Shown here piece by piece: positions 28,055 to 32,000 of a DNA stretch of 32,000 bases (its first letter is position 1; each line of letters begins with the position of its first letter). Origin of the DNA: Thiotrichales bacterium 19S3-11 (GTDB lineage: Bacteria > Pseudomonadota > Gammaproteobacteria > Francisellales > Francisellaceae); the NCBI GenBank assembly GCA_021713295.1, contig JAKJJU010000022.1, positions 13,401-45,400 of the forward strand. Reading direction: 5' to 3'. Under the pieces are notes generated by a model. That model saw nothing but the letters and a program-made list of their open reading frames with translations, did not search any database and was not told the DNA's origin. Position numbers and translations under genes: made by a program.

Positions 28055-28144
28055 CCCCCTGCTTTGGTTGGTGCTTTTAGTCCAGCTAAAATATTATTTT
28101 ATATACTTCTTTAAATATTATTATATTTATTTTTTTAAATAGTT

Positions 28145-28369
28145 TTAAAATTCTTTCTCACTGACCTTTGAGAAAACTGATTTTTTCTCTTGCTCAAACT
28201 CAAACAAATAATGATCTAACTCTTTCTTAGTTTGAAATCTTTTAAGAACAGTATAAGCAACACCTAAACCTTGGACGTCTTCCATAAAAATATATTCACC
28301 ATCTTCTCTATCAATGACGTAATACTCAAACTTTTTTTCATCTCTGTTAATAATACTTAGTTTAACCAT
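28145..28369 (-). CDS. Hypothetical 74-aa acidic protein, second gene of the J-domain operon
   Basis: ATG at 28369, 9 nt after AGGA and 11 nt after the J-domain gene stop. No recognisable domain. Confidence 0.5.
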   Translation of the reverse strand: MVKLSIINRDEKKFEYYVIDREDGEYIFMEDVQGLGVAYTVLKRFQTKKELDHYLFEFEQEKKSVFSKVSEKEF

Positions 28370-28380
28370 TTTTATAATCC

Positions 28381-28884
28381 TTAAATAGCTTCTAAATAAT
28401 TTTTATTTTCATTCATTTTTGTACTATTAAATTTCTCTCTTATTTCCTCCATACTCCACTCTTGATTATTATTTCTATGTTTTTTGCCTTTGGCTTGTTC
28501 AGGACGATAAAACCACATTTGCTTTTTTCTTGCCCATTTAAAACCAGCCTGTTTAATTATTTCTTTATGTGCTTTAGTCTCACCTGACAGCCACACCCAT
28601 AACCCACATATTTCTATAACAATACCAGTTAAATTTTTAACGGCATTTAACGCTGTGTTTAAAATTTCTGGGTATTCTGTCATTTGAATATTTTCAAAAA
28701 CTTCGATTTCTTCAATATCTTTTAAAATTTCATAAGCACAATTAATTACTTTCATCATTTCAATACCTGCTGGGTTTCTATCAGGATGAAATTCTTTTAC
28801 TTTTAATCGATAAGATTTTTTAATATCACTAGCTGTAACCTTTCCTTGTAAACCTAAAATTAATGCAGCTTCAAACTTGTTCAT
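28381..28884 (-). CDS. J-domain (DnaJ-like, HPD motif) protein with a W-rich basic C-terminal domain
   Basis: The start is moved to the ATG at 28884, 6 nt after AGAGG. J-domain helices II/III flank the HPD motif (ASDIKKSYRLKVKEFHPDRNP...MMKVINCAYEILKD). No Gly/Phe or zinc-finger regions. The C-terminus reads GLWVWLSGETKAHKEIIKQAGFKWARKKQMWFY. Confidence 0.8.
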   Translation of the reverse strand: MNKFEAALILGLQGKVTASDIKKSYRLKVKEFHPDRNPAGIEMMKVINCAYEILKDIEEIEVFENIQMTEYPEILNTALNAVKNLTGIVIEICGLWVWLSGETKAHKEIIKQAGFKWARKKQMWFYRPEQAKGKKHRNNNQEWSMEEIREKFNSTKMNENKNYLEAI

Positions 28885-28925
28885 TTTCAACCTCTATGTT
28901 ATTTTATTTTGTGTTGCCACACTTC

Positions 28926-29015
28926 CTTTTTGAACAAGCCATATGCGAATCTTTGAAAGGGTGGCTTGCCACTTGCGTAGCCCTTGCAAAGATGAGTGTG
29001 CTTGTTATAAAAAAG
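28926..29015. promoter_or_regulatory. Imperfect ~90-nt hairpin carrying -35 TTGCAA / -10 TATAAA; candidate Frpo-like single-strand promoter (and a rightward dsDNA promoter)
   Basis: Hand-paired stems: 28926-31/29010-15, 28933-39/29000-06, 28949-55/28987-93 and 28957-61/28981-85 (25 bp). There is an internal loop in the spacer and a 3-nt bulge inside the -10. -35 at 28984-28989, 16-nt spacer, -10 at 29006-29011. Confidence 0.5.
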
Positions 29016-29086
29016 ACATATTAATTAGTCGCTTACGACACAATCCTTTGTTGGCTTAAACGGTGTTAATCAGCGTTCTAATTAGC

Positions 29087-29104
29087 TTTGTACACGTGTA
29101 CAAA
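29087..29104. promoter_or_regulatory. Perfect 18-bp palindrome TTTGTACAC/GTGTACAAA upstream of the ParB-like gene (parS-like or operator)
   Basis: Read directly. It shares the CACGTG core and T/A-rich arms with the chromosomal parS consensus TGTTTCACGTGAAACA. It lies 17 nt upstream of a candidate -35 TTGATT (29121-29126), with -10 TAAATT (29144-29149). Confidence 0.55.
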
Positions 29105-29192
29105 ATTACTTTTATTACAGTTGATTGTTATTTTAAATGATGTTAAATTGAATTTATATTTAAGTATTTAATTCAATATATTAAGGAAGAAT

Positions 29193-29948
29193 ATGGATAT
29201 TATCGAAATCAATCCCCAACTTTGTAAACGTTGGCAATTTGCTGACCGATCTAACTTTGAATTTGGCGATACTCTCAAACTCGGTACTGACATCAAAAAC
29301 AACGGTCAAGTTGAGCCTGTTATTGTCAGAAAATCAAATGATTCTAAATTTAAGTATGAGGTAATTGCTGGTAGCCGTCGTCATCGAGCTTGTCTTGAAA
29401 CTGACATACTAATGAAAGCTATCGTTAAAAATATCTCTGATCAAGAAGCTTTCTTTATGCAGCTTAGGGAAAATGAGAAGCAACCTATTTCAGACTATTC
29501 ACGTGGAATGAATTTCAAAAAATTAATTGATAGCGGAAAATCAACAGTTGAAGAGTTGTCAAAAATCAATCAATGCTCAAAAGAGAAAATATATCACCTA
29601 CTCTCATTTGCAAGCGTACCAACACAAATATGGGATGCTGTTGCTAACATGAGCAAAGTCTCTTGTCGTTCTGCTAGTACAATCAATGCCCTTGCTAAAA
29701 AAGGTGATCAATACGTCAGTGCTTTAATTGATATTGCAGAAGAAATCAGAAAAGGCGCTGGGAGCAGAAAAATTGAAAACTTAGTTAATACCATAGTCAA
29801 CGGTGAGCAAAAAATTGATGACCAAAGACAAATTGTATCTAAAGAGGGTAATGTGATTGGTAAGTGGGTTAAAAATACAATTGTTTTTGACAAATCTTTT
29901 ACAGTAAACCAAAAAGATATTGAAGATTTATTAACCGAGTATCTTTAA
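29193..29948 (+). CDS. ParB/Srx-fold N-terminal domain protein (orphan ParB-like; no ParA in the window)
   Basis: AAGGAAG RBS. VEPVIVRK....YEVIAGSRRHRAC is the ParB box II / arginine-patch pattern (GxRRxRA). A probable HTH follows (STVEELSKINQCSKEKIYHLL). Confidence 0.75.
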   Translation: MDIIEINPQLCKRWQFADRSNFEFGDTLKLGTDIKNNGQVEPVIVRKSNDSKFKYEVIAGSRRHRACLETDILMKAIVKNISDQEAFFMQLRENEKQPISDYSRGMNFKKLIDSGKSTVEELSKINQCSKEKIYHLLSFASVPTQIWDAVANMSKVSCRSASTINALAKKGDQYVSALIDIAEEIRKGAGSRKIENLVNTIVNGEQKIDDQRQIVSKEGNVIGKWVKNTIVFDKSFTVNQKDIEDLLTEYL

Positions 29949-30106
29949 AAACAAGCACAGTAATTCCACCCGTGGCATCATTTCTCTCTCTATTCTTTTA
30001 AGTACTGTGCCTGTACTTGCATACTAAGTTAATATCTATATGATATCAATCGTGTTATTCATATATTTTCATGATATATTTACTGTATATTTTTGGATTT
30101 AAGCTC

Positions 30107-30322
30107 ATGATTAGACTTGAAACTAACAAACGCTACTATTTAATTAACTTGACCAAAGATTTATTTGATCAGTGGTGTGTTGTTTGTACATGGGGTTCTA
30201 AGCTATCAAGATTAGGAAATCAACAAACTCATCTGGTAGACAATGAAATATCAGGTCAAAGCCTAATTGCAAAAATCATTAAAACTCGCAAGAGTCATGG
30301 CTATGAAATTATCGAAGATTAG
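30107..30322 (+). CDS. Small WGR-domain-like protein
   Basis: KRYYLINLTKDLFDQWCVVCTWGSKLSRLGNQQTH....AKIIKTRKSHGYEI follows the WGR-domain pattern (rYY.l.l..dLFg.w.v.r.WGRiG..G.......K.k.GY). The start is uncertain: 30071 in the track, or the ATG at 30107. Confidence 0.5.
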   Translation: MIRLETNKRYYLINLTKDLFDQWCVVCTWGSKLSRLGNQQTHLVDNEISGQSLIAKIIKTRKSHGYEIIED

Positions 30323-30383
30323 TACATTAGTTCGTTAAATAATGTTATAATATAACCAACTGTTTTACTTTAAATTTATTACT

Positions 30384-31337
30384 ATGATTGTTAGAAAAAA
30401 TAACACAGACGTTAACAAGCCAAAGTACGACCAATACTTTAAATTCAATTTAGAAAAAAAAGAAATTGCCGAGGAAATTATCAGGTCTGTTTTACCTAAA
30501 GAATTAATTGAGTTTGCTGATTTCTCAAAAATGAAGCTTGAACAAAGTGAACATATTGATGAAGAGCTAAGAAAATTAATTACTGACGTGCTTTGGAGTA
30601 TACCAATTAAAGGCGAAAAGGCTTATATATACATCCTTGCAGAACACGAAAGTAGCCTTAAAAATCATCACTTACTACCTTTTAGGTTTCATAAGTATAT
30701 GATTCGTATTATGGAAAAGCACATTGCTAAAGGTAATAAAAAGTTACCTATTGTCATACCCGTGTTGTTTTATCATGGTGCAAAACAAGGATACCCTCAC
30801 AGCCTATCAATCTTTAATTGCTTTGAAGATAAAGAGCTTGCAAAAAAATATGCATTCCAAGATATCACATTAGTTGACCTTACCGTCCTAGATGAAAAAG
30901 AAATTGCTCTACAAGGATTTCGATTTTTCTTTCAATTGGTGTTAAAATATTCAAGAGACAAAGAATTAGCCAAACGATTAGTAGATATACTAGAAAAATA
31001 CCCTAATCTGGCAAATTATTTTGATGGTAAAGACTTTAAAGATGCATTTGTTCAATTATTAATGAGTTTAGATTTAGACTCTAAACATACTGCTAGAGAA
31101 ACTTTAAAGAAATTAGATGATTTAACTGGAGCTGATATTATGACGCTACGTGAACAATGGGAAGCTAAGGCTACTAAAAAAGGTGTTAAACAAGGGCGTA
31201 TTCAAGAAAAACAGGAAACGGCTAGGAATATGTTGGCTAAAGGTTTAGATACTAAATTGGTTGCCGATTGTACTGGTCTTGAACTTGAGACTGTTCTTGA
31301 GCTTAAGAAAGATGTTGATAATCAGAAGAAAAGATAA
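30384..31337 (+). CDS. Rpn-family (YhgA-like) PD-(D/E)XK recombination-promoting nuclease / 'putative transposase'
   Basis: FKFNLEKKEIAEEIIRSVLP...ITDVLWSIPIKGEKAYIYILAEHESS...LLPFRFHKYM...LPIVIPVLFYHG is the characteristic Rpn N-terminal nuclease core. It has the repeated helical C-terminal tail. Preceded by an extended -10, TGtTATAAT, at 30343-30351. Confidence 0.8.
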   Translation: MIVRKNNTDVNKPKYDQYFKFNLEKKEIAEEIIRSVLPKELIEFADFSKMKLEQSEHIDEELRKLITDVLWSIPIKGEKAYIYILAEHESSLKNHHLLPFRFHKYMIRIMEKHIAKGNKKLPIVIPVLFYHGAKQGYPHSLSIFNCFEDKELAKKYAFQDITLVDLTVLDEKEIALQGFRFFFQLVLKYSRDKELAKRLVDILEKYPNLANYFDGKDFKDAFVQLLMSLDLDSKHTARETLKKLDDLTGADIMTLREQWEAKATKKGVKQGRIQEKQETARNMLAKGLDTKLVADCTGLELETVLELKKDVDNQKKR

Positions 31338-31381
31338 ATAATTATGTAACGCTACATCATTATATTTGTGATTTTTCAAAT

Positions 31382-32000
31382 TTAGCTGACATGTTTAATA
31401 TTCCAATAATTTGATAAATATTCTTCAATTTTACGGTAATTATCATAAGATAATTCAATCTTACCTTCTGGGCTTCCCAAATCCCTAACCCAATCCATAA
31501 CGAAATTATCAAGGCGCTTCTTTCTATTTTTTGCTGCTAAACGATTACTTAAAGTGCTGCCATAGTCTTTTCTATCACATCTAATTAAACGTAATAGTAA
31601 TCTAAATGATCGATAGCTGGCCTCCACATTTGTCGCCATTCCGCCAAAAATTATGCGATGTTCATTAAATAAGTGACGACTTAAAAAAACATGAGCAGTG
31701 CCAAAGCATTCATCTACATAACTAGCTATATCTGAACCATAATAAATTCCTGCTCTGCGTGTTAAATTAATTTCTTTACTCTGAACTATTTTAGATTCAT
31801 CAAACTTAATGACTTTACTGTCTGCTTCTACCAGTTGCTTGCGAAATTTTTCAATCCCTTCACATGTATAGTACATATCAAAACCATAATCTTTTGTTTT
31901 TTGAATACTATTCTGAAAAATCTTGCCTATGTTCCTATCATTACATGTCAAAATTTGTTTTGATTTTTCTGCTTCTTCTTCTTTTTTAATCCGTTGTTTT
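31382..32000 (-). CDS. Hypothetical protein, N-terminus cut by the window end (possibly DUF2786-type leading-region protein)
   Basis: The minus-strand frame stays open upstream of the TTG at 31951 to the window edge (…KQRIKKEEEAEKSKQIL-TCND…). The family assignment comes only from a vague recollection of similar plasmid proteins. Confidence 0.5.
   Translation of the reverse strand, partial: KQRIKKEEEAEKSKQILTCNDRNIGKIFQNSIQKTKDYGFDMYYTCEGIEKFRKQLVEADSKVIKFDESKIVQSKEINLTRRAGIYYGSDIASYVDECFGTAHVFLSRHLFNEHRIIFGGMATNVEASYRSFRLLLRLIRCDRKDYGSTLSNRLAAKNRKKRLDNFVMDWVRDLGSPEGKIELSYDNYRKIEEYLSNYWNIKHVS

Noticed and set aside
29955-30010. GCACAGTA ... TACTGTGC inverted repeat after the ParB-like gene as a terminator or mobile-element end
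   Set aside because: The 8-bp arms are separated by 40 nt with no T-run. A nested AAGTAC/GTACTT stem is also weak. This is insufficient for a confident call.
30384-31337. Rpn 'putative transposase' as an insertion sequence
   Set aside because: I could find no terminal inverted repeats or target duplications flanking it. Rpn proteins are PD-(D/E)XK nucleases, not autonomous IS transposases.
1-32000. Integrative element (ICE) boundaries, integrase or att sites; ssb/psiB/ardA leading genes; replication initiator
   Set aside because: None is recognisable in this window. Whether the element is a plasmid or an ICE cannot be decided from these 32 kb.

Overview
AT-rich window (about one third G+C by eye) holding the distal two thirds of an F-like (MPF-F / MOBF) conjugative transfer region, probably from a gammaproteobacterial plasmid or ICE. 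All calls rest on reading the translations and DNA against remembered F-plasmid sequences; no searches were run.

nt 1-26435, + strand: one tightly packed, often start/stop-overlapping operon: traK (5'-truncated by the window edge), traB, traV, traC, trbI, traW, traU, trbC, traN, traF, trbB, traH, traG, then an ambiguous traS-position locus, traT, a Sel1-repeat membrane protein, a 59-aa ORF, traD, and a giant traI. The giant TraI carries an extra C-terminal primase-like/Toprim module. F genes traR, trbE, traQ, trbA, trbJ, trbF and traX are not seen here.

nt 26432-27225, - strand: a two-gene operon (RHH protein plus a TraM-like protein) converges on traI with overlapping stop codons.

nt 27226-28144, non-coding:
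- an array of ATCACA-A-TGTGAT palindromes laid over a sigma70-like promoter
- a sequence that closely matches the F/R100 oriT nic core on the + strand (ATTGCGTGATGTGT|GGGTGCTTT)
- a one-orientation TGAAAAY heptamer array
- a second GGTGCTTTT copy

nt 28145-32000 reads as the start of the leading region:
- a J-domain protein plus 74-aa operon pointing back toward oriT, preceded by an imperfect ~90-nt hairpin with the architecture of an Frpo-type single-strand promoter
- an orphan ParB-like gene with a parS-like 18-bp palindrome
- a WGR-like small protein
- an Rpn-family PD-(D/E)XK nuclease
- a gene truncated by the window end

No rRNA, tRNA, CRISPR array, integrase or IS element was recognised.
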